Notes: generated by a model not told the origin, from the letters alone. DNA of 64,000 bases from Dehalococcoidia bacterium (GCA_963663235.2 CAXXNO010000011.1:1-64000), one strand, 5' to 3'. Counted from the stretch's first letter, positions 41,155 to 51,788 are shown. Program-made: numbers and translations.

Positions 41155-41523
41155 GCCTTTTCTCCCGTCGCTGCCCTGTGCTGACAGGTTAGCGCGGGAC
41201 GACCCCATCAATGCAAGTCACGGTTTTTGGTGGGCCATACGCGGGTTGCACGCGTTTATGCCGCCAAGCATGGGTCGGACGGTCAGCCCGAAGCCAGGGC
41301 GACCACGTGAATCACCCACCCGCACATGTCAAACGGGACGCGGATCCATCAATGGCGCTGCACAATGCAACGCGTCCCAAGGCGACGCCGATGACGCGCG
41401 GAGCATCTTCAGGGTGGGGCCGCCGCCCGTGGTGGGCGCATGGTAGCGGGTGGAGGAGGGGGTTTCAGCCGGGCACCATCGCACCGGGCATGTGGGAGCC
41501 GCGCCGGTCTGGTGGAAGAAGCC

Positions 41524-42648
41524 TGTGGTGTTTCAAAACCTCATCACGCTGCATCCCAGAAGTACTCATGGTGTAAGCCGCCCAGAATCGGCCGGCTCGC
41601 TAGGCGCTGCGCCCCACCACGGAGCGTCGGCGTCCGCGGACCGGATGGCGGCTGGTCGCCCAGAGACTGGTGGGGACGCGTGTCGTTGTCGTAGGCGACG
41701 TACTCGCGGAGCACCCGCCGGAGATGCCGTTCCGTGAGCACGATGAGATGGTCCAGACACTCTCGCCGGATCGTGCCAATCACCCGCTCCGCGATCGCGT
41801 TGGCTTTGGGGGCTCGCACGGGGGTCAAGATCGTTTCGATCCCCAGGGCCGCCGCCTTCGGCACGAAGTGACCGCCGTCGTTGCGATCCCGGTCGCGGAT
41901 CAGGAAGCGAGGCGCCGTGTTCCACGGGGTGGCGGCGATGATCTGCCGCCAGACCCAGGGCGCCGTGGGGTGCGCGGTCACGTTCCCATGCAGGATCCGG
42001 CGGCGGTCGTGACTGATCACGAAGAAGACGTAGAACGTCCGCAAGGTAAGCGTCTGCACGGTGAAAAAGTCGGCCGCCCAGATTTCGGGGGCATGCAGGC
42101 GCAGAAAGGTCCGCCAGGTGGGCGACGGCGCCGGCCTGATTCGGCGATAACGATAGACCGTTGTGGGACTCACGGGGTGCCCCAGCACAGCTAACTCGGC
42201 TGCGATGCGGCGCACGCCCCACGTGGGATTCTCCGCTGCCAGCCGGTCAATCAGGCGGCGCGTCTCCAGATCGATCCGCACCCGGCCGGGCTGACCGCCC
42301 CGGCTCTTCCAGCGCCAGTATCGGCGCCAGACAAACCGATGCCACCCGATGACGGTCGCCGGTTGAACGAGCTGCAGATGCGCACGCCAGCCGGCCCAGT
42401 TCCGCGCCGTGACGGACCAGAACCGGCGGTCGCGCGTCTGGAGCCGCGGTCGACGTCCGGACCGTTCCCACACCGCCAGCTGCTGGCGCAGAATCAGGTT
42501 CTCGAGGATCAGATCCCGTCGCCGCCGGCCGAGCATTCCCAGCCCGACCAGAAACAGTCGCCAATAGAGCCACATCGCCGTCCCTCCGCGCGAAGACTCT
42601 CTGGCGGACGCGACTCACACAAGGCCGATAGGGTTTTGAAACACCACA
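41524..42648 (-). mobile_element. IS481/IS3-like element (transposase 41544..42575), lightly mutated
   Basis: Perfect TIR TGTGGTGTTTCAAAACC; WAADFF, IRDRD, AERVIGTIRRECLD. Confidence 0.93.
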
Positions 42649-42875
42649 AGCACCAGAGCCCGCGCAGTCTCGATGCCAGCGCCGGTACCGGAGTCCAGCG
42701 TCCGCTGCGACCCGTCGTACCCCGATGCGTGCATCCCGCCCGCCCCGCCGGACCTCGATTGTGGGGACAGCCCGAATCGACACTTCCGGGTCGTTGGAAA
42801 CGACCCGCATCGGTTCGACGGCCGGGACTAGGACGGCATTGGATGCGAGAGCTAGCAGGGCATCGCTCGGCCCGC

Positions 42876-44111
42876 TCACGCAGCACACTGAACCCTCCGC
42901 GCTTCGTCGCGCAGCCTCCGCACACGAGCTGCTAAGCCGTCCACACGATGGAGAATTTCATCGAGTGTGCCGGATAGGTCGAGCGCAGTGACCTCAAGCC
43001 GCTTGCCGGCGTGCCGGACCTGGTAGGAGGTCGTGTCCGCCTCGCCCTCCGCGTATATCAGCAATCCACCTGGCAGACCGAGCGCCGTGGCGTATGCCAG
43101 CAACTGGTAGAGGTCGGTCTCAGGTACAGATGTACTGGTCACACTCTTGTACTTCGCATCACCCACGAACGTGCAGGTCTCCCCGTCCCACCAAGAAAGG
43201 TCAGGCTTGAGTTTCACGGTCCCCTTCTCATCGAGGGGGATCTTGCGACCGCCCGCATCGGAGGACAACGTTCGATCAGAAACGCCGAGCCTCTCCCTGA
43301 GCGCCACTGTCACGAAGTCTTGGAACAGCACGTTCATGTCCAGCAGGAAACCAGACGCTCGCACGTTGCCGCGGCCTGATTCGAACTCGCTGTGTCGCAG
43401 GATCAGCCGCGAGAGTCCCACGACGCCCCGATAGTGCTCGTTGAGCCGGTCGAAACGCATATCGGGGACAGCGTTCGGCGAGAACTCGACCGGCGAGACC
43501 TGCTCAAGCATCCCTGCAACTAATCCCAAGCCTCTGCGTGCCGCGTGCGACCGGAGGGGCATTCGGCCGAGCCGCCCGGCCGCCGCCTTCACCAGCCGGT
43601 TCGCCAGGATGTCGGCGGTGAACTCGTCGTATCGCACCTCGATCGGCAGAGCGCTCCCGAACCGCCGCCGCATCTGCTCGGTGAACCTGATGCGCCCCCG
43701 GACGGTGTGCAGTGCCTCCTCCTCCACCCGGTATCCGTGGAGAAGTCCGCGCCCGAACGCTCTTCGGGCGGCGGCGGCGAGCGCCAGCGCGAGCGTATCC
43801 GGCAATGTTTCCTTCTCCTCGAAATCAAACGGTCGTTCCTCTTGGAGCCTGAACACCCCCATGGCGTAGCAGGCCAGCGCCAGGAGTTGCGGGATTCCGA
43901 TCTTCGGCTCGATGAGCACTGACAGATCGCCGATCTCGACCGCCCCAACGGTTGAACCGGCCGTGAGGCGATATAGGCTCTCGCTCCCTGGGATCGGTTC
44001 GATCGAGGTGAGGGCGAGGGCTTTCCGTTCATGGAACAGGGCGTCGAGCTGGCCGATCGAGAGCGTATGGTTGCTTGGCTCGTACTCTTTCAGGTCAAGC
44101 TTGTGCTTCAT
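42876..44111 (-). CDS. mcrC: McrC family restriction endonuclease subunit
   Basis: RGRIRF, DMNVLFQDFV, LKPD...DAKYK, DLYQLLAYA; directly downstream of McrB. Confidence 0.92.
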   Translation of the reverse strand: MKHKLDLKEYEPSNHTLSIGQLDALFHERKALALTSIEPIPGSESLYRLTAGSTVGAVEIGDLSVLIEPKIGIPQLLALACYAMGVFRLQEERPFDFEEKETLPDTLALALAAAARRAFGRGLLHGYRVEEEALHTVRGRIRFTEQMRRRFGSALPIEVRYDEFTADILANRLVKAAAGRLGRMPLRSHAARRGLGLVAGMLEQVSPVEFSPNAVPDMRFDRLNEHYRGVVGLSRLILRHSEFESGRGNVRASGFLLDMNVLFQDFVTVALRERLGVSDRTLSSDAGGRKIPLDEKGTVKLKPDLSWWDGETCTFVGDAKYKSVTSTSVPETDLYQLLAYATALGLPGGLLIYAEGEADTTSYQVRHAGKRLEVTALDLSGTLDEILHRVDGLAARVRRLRDEARRVQCAA

Positions 44112-46441
44112 TCAGCGTCGCTGCCTTCGGTGGGTGCCTGATCCTCTCCATCGTCCAGTTCAAGGCCGTGAGCAGCCTGCTTCCGCACAATGTCCAGGCG
44201 GAACGCTTCCAGCCGTTCAGCATTGCCGAAGAGGCGCTCCTCAACGTAGGGCAGGACGCTGTGTTCCCAAATGCGGGCGACATCGGCGGCACTGAGACCA
44301 CCTGGCTTCATGAAGTAGCTGGGCCCAATGGCAGCGTGCCGGTCGTCACTCAAGAGACCGTTCGCGTGATCGACGATGTCAGCGACCCACTCCATCTCCG
44401 GGGCCGCGTTCTTCTTCAGCCAGCGGCGGAGCAGGCCTTGGACCGGCGGCTTGTCTGGGTGGAATTCCACGAAGTAGAACCGGCGGCGAAGCGCGAGGTC
44501 CACGAGCGCGATCGATCGATCGGCCGTATTCATCGTCCCGATGATGTAGAGATTGTCGGGGAGCGCGAACCGCGCGTCCGAATACTGCAGGTCAATCTTG
44601 CTGTCACGATACTCCAAAAGGAAGTACAGCTCCCCGAACACCTTGGCGAGGTTGCCGCGGTTGATCTCGTCGATGACGAGAAAGTGCTTCGCCTGCGGCT
44701 CCTGCCCCGCCCGCGCCGCAGCCTGCACTAACGGTCCGTCCCTGAGTTCGAAGCCGGGTTGCCCGTTCCGCGCCGGCCGGAAGCCCTGGACGAAGTCCTC
44801 ATACGCGTAGGACGGGTGGAACTGTACAAGCCTCACCCGCTCCTCCGACCCGGCAAGGTGACGAGCGAGCTTGCGCGCGATGAACGTCTTCCCCGTACCC
44901 GGCGGCCCTTGAAAGATCACCTGGCGCTTCTCTTCGAGCAGTGCCTCGATCTCCTCCAGGAAAGAGGGCTCGACGTTTACCTCTGCCGCAAGCTGCGCCA
45001 GGCCAGCCGTTGCGGGTGGAACGCCTTGGAGCACCCAAGCGAGGGATTGCGCGTCAAGGCGGTGACGCAATTTCACTCCGCGATTTTCTGCCTCTTCGAT
45101 AAACCGGTCCAAGAATGCGAGGGCATGGTCGTAGAGCGTTGCCTCGTCCGCATCCTGAGCCGGGTGCTCATAGCCAGTGCGTTCGTATGCGTCCGTGAAC
45201 ATTTTCTTCTGGAAGGGCGGGTACTCTTGAACGCCCAACCCCATCAACAAGACGGACGCCAAGTTCATGCGCGTCCCTGGGCCGCCAATGACTGACTGGG
45301 GCAACAAGCTGCTGAAGCTACGCACCCGCTCTGACACAGGCGCATCGCTCTCGACCCAAATTGCTTCCAGCGCCTTTTGGGCAGCATCGGGCGAAGCATC
45401 AACCCAATCTCGGAACCTGGCCAATTGCACACGATGTACGAGATTGTTATCGCTGCCGACCAGACTACCGATAACGCGTGTGGACCAATCGTCTGACCGG
45501 GCGAGCACTGCCGCGCGCGCCTCCGCGACTTTTAGGCCAATGGCAATCTTGTAGTAGTTCTCGGCGCTGTCCAGCTGTTCCCTGTCGAGGTAATCCTGGG
45601 CGCTTCTGACAAAGTCATCCCACAGGGTGGGTTTGTAGCTGGCATCCCACTTCGCCCGGATGTCGGGTCGGTAGAAACGGAACTCCTCGGCACCGTAGCT
45701 GGCTTCGAGGACAGAGCGGACTTGTTGCAACTTCCGGTCAAGATCGTCCGGGGGATTCTCGACACGATCCCCAAAAGCCTCGGCGATCCGCCTCTTGTGC
45801 TCGAGGCTGACGATCGGCTCAAAGGTCTCGGGGTGGACAAGGTGCAGCAAGGCCTGCCGTTGTGTGCTGGGCGTATTCTGTTTTCCCCGAAGCAAGAGGC
45901 TACGGAACTTCATCGCCATCAAGAATTCCTTGAAGGCCCACGGATCGTTAAGCAGGTGCAGCCGGGTAGCTGAGGGTTGCTCCTTCAACCGCTCCGCGAA
46001 CTCGATGAGTGATCCGACTTGAAACGGGCGGTACGCATGGAACCCTATCCCTGGGTTCGCGATCCCGGGCGTGAGACCCGCGACCAGTTCCGGCGGTATG
46101 TCCACTGGCTGCGGGGACCAGCGGAGGATCGTGGCGATCTGTTGCACTTCGTCCGTACTGTCTGAGGTGTGGACGATGAGGAAATACACATACAGCGCCT
46201 CAGCCATGAGCTGGTAGACGTCCGCCGGGCTGTTGGCCAGCTGCCGTTCCAATTTATTGATAAAGCTGTCATTGGAGTCGTTCGGCCGATCCAGAAATCT
46301 CTCATGGATCTCCCCGAGCCACTGGCGCGTCCATATTGGCTTGCCCGGGGTGAATAATGAGTCGTCCGCCCTCAGCGCACGCGCGACCCATTCTTCAGCC
46401 GCTTTGTAGACTTTTGCAGCACCGCTTTTTCTCGTACCCAT
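44108..46441 (-). CDS. mcrB: McrB family AAA+ GTPase with long atypical N-terminal region
   Basis: GPPGTGKT, VQFHPSYAYEDFVQG, IDEINRGN, MNTADRS, ALRRRF; start uncertain. Confidence 0.92.
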   Translation of the reverse strand: MGTRKSGAAKVYKAAEEWVARALRADDSLFTPGKPIWTRQWLGEIHERFLDRPNDSNDSFINKLERQLANSPADVYQLMAEALYVYFLIVHTSDSTDEVQQIATILRWSPQPVDIPPELVAGLTPGIANPGIGFHAYRPFQVGSLIEFAERLKEQPSATRLHLLNDPWAFKEFLMAMKFRSLLLRGKQNTPSTQRQALLHLVHPETFEPIVSLEHKRRIAEAFGDRVENPPDDLDRKLQQVRSVLEASYGAEEFRFYRPDIRAKWDASYKPTLWDDFVRSAQDYLDREQLDSAENYYKIAIGLKVAEARAAVLARSDDWSTRVIGSLVGSDNNLVHRVQLARFRDWVDASPDAAQKALEAIWVESDAPVSERVRSFSSLLPQSVIGGPGTRMNLASVLLMGLGVQEYPPFQKKMFTDAYERTGYEHPAQDADEATLYDHALAFLDRFIEEAENRGVKLRHRLDAQSLAWVLQGVPPATAGLAQLAAEVNVEPSFLEEIEALLEEKRQVIFQGPPGTGKTFIARKLARHLAGSEERVRLVQFHPSYAYEDFVQGFRPARNGQPGFELRDGPLVQAAARAGQEPQAKHFLVIDEINRGNLAKVFGELYFLLEYRDSKIDLQYSDARFALPDNLYIIGTMNTADRSIALVDLALRRRFYFVEFHPDKPPVQGLLRRWLKKNAAPEMEWVADIVDHANGLLSDDRHAAIGPSYFMKPGGLSAADVARIWEHSVLPYVEERLFGNAERLEAFRLDIVRKQAAHGLELDDGEDQAPTEGSDAE

Positions 46442-46827
46442 CTTCTCTCCGCCGCGTCTTGATCGCCGTCCTGAATCAGGGAAGTCTATATGGTCGTCGA
46501 CAGGGCTTTTGCCTTGTTGCGGGGCCATTAGTCCCAGTTCACGGGATGCTCGCAATCCTCCCCAGTGCTCCCACTCCGCTTCGTCCGGGAAACCAGCCGG
46601 TCTGTTCGACCCATCAAACGACCGCTGGTCGGACGGCGGGCCAGCGACACCAATGGCGAACTAGTGTGCCGTGATGGTCTGCCGCTGCGGCGCGCGTCCC
46701 GCGTCGCGCAGGTCTACCACTGCCCGAACTTCTCTTCTCGCCACGTGTCGCCGTTCACGAATAACACCTTCGCTAATTCCTGTCATTCCTGTCGCAACTC
46801 GGAGAAACGGAGAGTTTTCTGGTCGAC

Positions 46828-47107
46828 GGTTCCGTCAGATCTCAGGGCTCGTCGGGGAGCCTCGCCCATGACGCGACGAGGAGACGCCGATGCCCTGTCC
46901 CCGCTGGAGCTCGACCGCGACGACCAGGCGGCAACGCCGCACCGCACTCGGCTACCCCGAGGTTCAACTGCCGGGCATGCGGCCGGCGCTTCCACGAGCG
47001 GACCGGCCCGCCGTTCAACGATCTCCAGGACCCGACGGATATCGTCCGGCTCGCCGTGTTGGGGCGTCTCCGGTACACGCTCCGCTTCCGCGCCGTCGTC
47101 GCGCTCT
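46828..47107 (+). mobile_element. IS6-family 5' fragment (degenerate)
   Basis: TIR GGTTCCGTCAGATCTCAGGGCTCG; near copy of 47108-47390 with many changes and indels. Confidence 0.85.
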
Positions 47108-48061
47108 GGTTCTATCAGATCTCAGGGCTCGTCGGCGTAGCGTCGCCTCGTTCATGACGCAACGAGGAGACGCCGATGCACTGTCCGCACTGCCGCTCGA
47201 CTGCGACGACCAAGCGCAGGCATCGCACGACGCTAGGCTACCAGCGATTCAACTGTCGCGCGTGTGGACGGCGCTTCAACGAGCGGACCGGCACGCCCTT
47301 CAACGATCTCCAGTACCCGACGGACCTCGTGCTGCTCGCCGTGCTGTGGCGCCTGCGGTACAAGCTCAGCTTCCGGGACGTCGCCGAACTGCTCCTCGAG
47401 CGAGGCTACACGGTGACGCATGAGACGATCCGCGATTGGGAGTTCCGCTTCGCGCCACTCCTGGCGGACCGGCTTCGCGCCAAGCGGCGCGGTCGCGCGG
47501 GCGTCTCCTGGTACATCGATGAGACCTACGTGAAGGTCGCCGGGCGATGGTGCTACCTCTATCGCGCGATCGACCGGGAGGGCGCGCTGCTCGATTCGAT
47601 GCTGAGCGCGCACCGCGACAAGCACGCCGCGCGACGCTTCCTGCGGGGTCTCATACAGATCGCCGAACGGAAGCCCTTACGCATCACGACCGACGCGCAT
47701 CCCGCGTATCGCAAGGCGATCCGGTGGATCGTCGGGCGGAAGGTGCGACATCGCTGCAATCAATACCTCAACAACTGGATTGAGCAGGATCACCGCGCCA
47801 TCAAGCAGCGCTACTATCCGATGCGGGGCTTCGGGCGGTTCGCTTCCGCTGCCCAGTTCTGCGCGGCCTTCGATGCGCTGCGCCAGTACTTTCGCGTTCC
47901 GCCCCGGCCCGGACTACCGATCCCGTTGGCGACGCGGCGCCCGCTGTTCGTCGCCCGCTGGCGGTCCCTGATCCAGGAGATGCAGGTCGCCTAGGACACC
48001 ATCAACGCTCGCCGGATCACCACGCATCGTTGGCCCCGCTGCCCTCAGATCTGACAGAACC
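47108..48061 (+). mobile_element. IS6-family element, full length (transposase 47176..47994)
   Basis: TIRs GGTTCTATCAGATCT / AGATCTGACAGAACC; zinc-ribbon N-terminus; IDETYVKV, TTD, IEQDHR. Confidence 0.95.
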
Positions 48062-48406
48062 CGGTGAGGGTGTTCAGGTATCGATTGCATCGGTGCCGCA
48101 CCGTTCTCCCCAGGATCCCGCGGATCGCTCGGCGGTACGGCGGATGCGGGTCCGTCGTGACACGCTCGGGCTTGCGCTCGGCCACGTCCACCGCTGCCCA
48201 GTTCTGCGCGGCCTTCGATGCGCTGCGCCAGTACTTTCGCGTTCCGCCCCGGCCCGGACTACCGATCCCGTTGGCGACGCGGCGCCCGCTGTTCGTCGCC
48301 CGCTGGCGGTCCCTGATCCAGGAGATGCAGGTCGCCTAGGACACCATCAACGCTCGCCGGATCACCACGCATCGTTGGCCCCGCTGCCCTCAGATCTGAC
48401 AGAACC
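48062..48406. mobile_element. Inverted IS6 internal fragment (48062-48190) plus duplicate of the IS6 3' end (48191-48406)
   Basis: Minus strand DVAERKPERVTTDPHPPYRRAIRGILGRTVRHRCNRYLNT; 48191-48406 repeats 47846-48061. Confidence 0.85.
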
Positions 48407-48586
48407 CCGTGGACCGCTCGACTGAAAGCACCGAAGCGGCGGTTGGTGTCACGCGCATATTCGATTCGAGTATAGATCAATTGCTCCATCATGCAATCGT
48501 TGAACCCAGAATCACGGGCGAGGCGGGCCCGGAAGGCCGCCGCCCTCGCCTGGGCCTCCGCTGGATCGGTCGCCCGGGGCGTTGCG

Positions 48587-49825
48587 CTAGCTCTCGGGAA
48601 TGAAGATGAAGAGGCGTTGGACGAAGTCCACGAGCCACTGGCCGTTGACGTTGGCCAGGTCGAAGCGCAGCGTCTGTGCCTCATCCTCGCCGGGCACGTC
48701 CAGGACAATCGACACGCGACCCCGCGCACCCTCGATCGTTGACGTGATCTCCACCGTCTCACCGAACACGCCCACCGATTGCACCTTGTCCAGCGAGGCG
48801 CTCACGTCTTCCGGCGACTCCCACCCCCAGATGTCGAGGGCCTCCGGTCCGGCCAACGCGAAAAGGGTCAGGGCGTCGCCGCCCTGGAGCGCGGCCAGGT
48901 AGGTGACGGCGACGGCCTCCAGCGCTTCGATGTCGGATAGCAGGGCGGCGGGGGTGTCGCCCGCCAGATCAACGGAGAACTCGTACGCCCCGATGCGGTT
49001 CCCCACCGAGGTCACGTCCACGCGGTACGCCCCAGTCTGGGGCAGCGCGAAGACGATCTCGGCGTCCAGCGCGTGCCCGGAGTCATCGTCGCGGAACAGG
49101 AACGTCCCGTCGGGCCCGAACACCTCCGCCAGGGTGTCCGTGCCGGTCGCCCCATCAACTCGAATTCGGACGAACTGGTCCGCATCGCCGGCGAACTCAA
49201 ACACGTCCACGTCACCCGGCTCCCCCAGGACTCCTTGCCAGCGGTCGCCGATGACCAAAACACGAGAGTCGTCGTCGTCGTCGGGGGGCACCAACTCCAC
49301 GCTGATGACGAAACGGCCGATGGACTCCTCGAAGGCGGAGACGCGAACGACCTGCAAGCCGCTGGAGGGAAGCCGCGCCACAATCAGCGAGTCGCGGTTG
49401 GATGAGCTGATGTCGTCGTTGGTGACGATCTCCGTGCGGTTTGGCTCCAGCAGCGTGACGATGGGGTCCATCCCGTCTTTGCCGTCGATCACGATGCGCA
49501 CCAAGTCCTGCTCGCTGCCTTCGAAGCGGAACTGGCGTTCCTCGCCGACCGTCTCCAGCGATGCCTCGATCGACTCGCCATAAGCGAGTAAGTCGCGGTC
49601 GGGGTCCGGCTCCGGGGGTGCGGCTTCAGGCTCCGGCTCAGCGGTCGGTTCCTCAGGCAGTGGTTCGGGCTCGGACTCCGGAACCTGCTGTTCCAGCGGC
49701 GCCGCTTGTTCGACCGGCGCCGGCTCCTCCTCGTCGCCACCTCCCCCACAAGCAGTCAGACCGAGGGCGGCGGCGGCCAGTGCAAGGACCAGCGCAGTGC
49801 GTGCGCCAATCATTACGTCTCCCAT
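48587..49825 (-). CDS. Lipoprotein with two PPC (pre-peptidase C-terminal)-like domains
   Basis: Lipobox LTAC, Pro/Glu linker, two domains with NDD/DDDSG and LPxxG motifs. Confidence 0.8.
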   Translation of the reverse strand: MGDVMIGARTALVLALAAAALGLTACGGGGDEEEPAPVEQAAPLEQQVPESEPEPLPEEPTAEPEPEAAPPEPDPDRDLLAYGESIEASLETVGEERQFRFEGSEQDLVRIVIDGKDGMDPIVTLLEPNRTEIVTNDDISSSNRDSLIVARLPSSGLQVVRVSAFEESIGRFVISVELVPPDDDDDSRVLVIGDRWQGVLGEPGDVDVFEFAGDADQFVRIRVDGATGTDTLAEVFGPDGTFLFRDDDSGHALDAEIVFALPQTGAYRVDVTSVGNRIGAYEFSVDLAGDTPAALLSDIEALEAVAVTYLAALQGGDALTLFALAGPEALDIWGWESPEDVSASLDKVQSVGVFGETVEITSTIEGARGRVSIVLDVPGEDEAQTLRFDLANVNGQWLVDFVQRLFIFIPES

Positions 49826-50050
49826 CTCCCCAACCGTCAGCGCGGATGGTAGCACTCAGGCCGCCTCGCTACTGGTCAGAAGCGACGGGCCGCCCCGGGC
49901 CGATGGCTCTGCCGCGTCGGGAGCACCGGCATTCTCTCTTTCGAGGTCCGGCAACGCTTGGCCGGGGCGCGCCCGGTCGGCTGCATTCGAGTATTGTGCG
50001 AGTAGCACCGGCGGCGAGGAGGCAGGGCTGTGCGAATCGGGCTCGGTGGC

Positions 50051-50938
50051 ATGCGCAAGGGGTGCCTGGGACTCCTCATTATCGCGCTCCTGATGACCGC
50101 TCTGGTGAGCGCCGGCGGACGGCCGTCGGCGCAGGCGCAGTCGACCGGTGGCGAGGGCGGCGTCCTCTCCCTGGACGCGGGTGGCCAGTTCGTCTTCTGG
50201 AATCTGGGCCCGGCCGCGGCGGGCGACGTCTTCGGATCGGTGAAGATCGCCTGGCTCTTCGACCCCGATGCGCTGAGTTGGACGTCATTCATCCCGGCGC
50301 TGGGGCAGGTCAACTTCGCGCTCGCGAACGGTGCGGTCCTATGGGTGGTGTCGGAGACGCCGCAGGACATTCAGGTCGGCCAGATCTCGTCGCTGTCGCT
50401 CCTCCTCAGCCCCTCCGAGGGCCCTTCCGGCACCATCGCAACCGTCACCGTGACCGGCGCTGAGCCGAGGGCGTTGGTGACCGTGCGGGCGGGTGCGGTG
50501 GAGTCCGAGATCCCGGCGGACGCCACCGGAACGGTGGTGACGGAGTTCACGATGACCGGCGATCCCGGGACGACCATTATCGTGAGCGCCGCCTCCGGCT
50601 TGCCCGGGGAGGAGCGCACCGGGACGGCGACCTTCCTGATCCCGGCAGAGCCGGAGGAAGAGGAGCCGGACGGCGAAGTGATCGTCGAGGGCGTATCGGT
50701 CACGCTGAGTCCCAGTACGGGGCTGTCGGGAACCGAGGTCGTCGTGACCGTGAGCGGGGCGGAGCCCGGTGAGCCGATCACGATTATTCTGCCCGCGGGC
50801 GCCGAGGCCGGCGTGGTCGCCGCCGCCGGCACCTATACGACGAGCGATATCTTCCTTGGCGATCCGGGCGACGTTGTGATCGTCACCGTGATCCTCGGCG
50901 CCGGACAGGCGACGGCCACGTTCACCATCAGCGCCTGA
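50051..50938 (+). CDS. Secreted protein with shared N-terminal domain and two Ig-like repeats
   Basis: Signal peptide ending AQA; LSPSxGxSGTxxxVTVxGAEP repeated twice. Confidence 0.8.
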   Translation: MRKGCLGLLIIALLMTALVSAGGRPSAQAQSTGGEGGVLSLDAGGQFVFWNLGPAAAGDVFGSVKIAWLFDPDALSWTSFIPALGQVNFALANGAVLWVVSETPQDIQVGQISSLSLLLSPSEGPSGTIATVTVTGAEPRALVTVRAGAVESEIPADATGTVVTEFTMTGDPGTTIIVSAASGLPGEERTGTATFLIPAEPEEEEPDGEVIVEGVSVTLSPSTGLSGTEVVVTVSGAEPGEPITIILPAGAEAGVVAAAGTYTTSDIFLGDPGDVVIVTVILGAGQATATFTISA

Positions 50939-51068
50939 GGCGCGGCGCCGACGAGGCGAGGCGCGTTTCTCAACTAGGTGACTGACTAATTGCTCTCGGT
51001 GCGAGGCGCCACTTATACTGGCCGCGGCGTTTCCGGGATGGCTGCGCGCCGGCATCCAGGGGGTGCGT

Positions 51069-51587
51069 GTGAGCTACGAGATCATCGAGACCTGCATCGG
51101 CTGCACGGCCTGCGTGAATCGCTGCCCGACCAACGCCATCTTCGGCGAGCGCAACGTCATCCATTACATCGACCCTGCGTTGTGCATCGACTGCGGGGCG
51201 TGTGGGGCGGTCTGTCCCGTCGAGTGCATCCTCGATGAAGTGGGTGACATCTGCCGCAAGTTCGCCAAGAAGGAATGGCCCAAGGCGGTTGTCGTCGCGG
51301 ACCTCTGCATCGGCAGTGGCTGCGAGCTCTGCATTAACATCTGCCCCTTTGACGCGCTGTACCTCGACTACACGGACGCAGCGGACGACTTTTTCGGGCA
51401 GGCCGTGGTGATCGAGAAGAACTGCACCGGCTGCCGCCTCTGCGAAGATGCCTGCGGCTGGGATTCCATCCACATCTTCCCCGAGCGCGAATTATTGAAG
51501 AAGCAGTACTACCCGGACGATGAACTCACGCCGGCCCAAAAGAAGCAGAAGCTGGAGGCGGCCGCCGTCGCCGCGCCCGCAGGCTAG
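51069..51587 (+). CDS. Poly-[4Fe-4S] ferredoxin (four cluster motifs)
   Basis: CIGCTACVNRCP, CIDCGACGAVCP, CIGSGCELCINICP, CTGCRLCEDAC. Confidence 0.92.
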   Translation: MSYEIIETCIGCTACVNRCPTNAIFGERNVIHYIDPALCIDCGACGAVCPVECILDEVGDICRKFAKKEWPKAVVVADLCIGSGCELCINICPFDALYLDYTDAADDFFGQAVVIEKNCTGCRLCEDACGWDSIHIFPERELLKKQYYPDDELTPAQKKQKLEAAAVAAPAG

Positions 51588-51788
51588 GGCTTTGCCGTGA
51601 TGGAAGAGCGAGCGGGGCGCGGTGGTGCCGCGCTCGCTCGTTAACCGTCGGCTCGCAGCCCTGACGGCCGCGGTTCGGGTCGTGGGAGTCGCGATGGGAG
51701 CGGCTACGCGCCGCCGCCGGACACCTCGCAACGGCGATACCGGCTCGAACGGAACAACCCGTGCATCGCGCGCCGCCGTCTGTTGGAC

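Noticed and set aside
27805-48406. Diversity-generating retroelement as the source of adenine mutations
   Set aside because: No reverse transcriptase or TR/VR pair in the window. DGRs mutate A to any base on one strand over about 100 bp, whereas here changes are A>C and T>G across whole IS elements.
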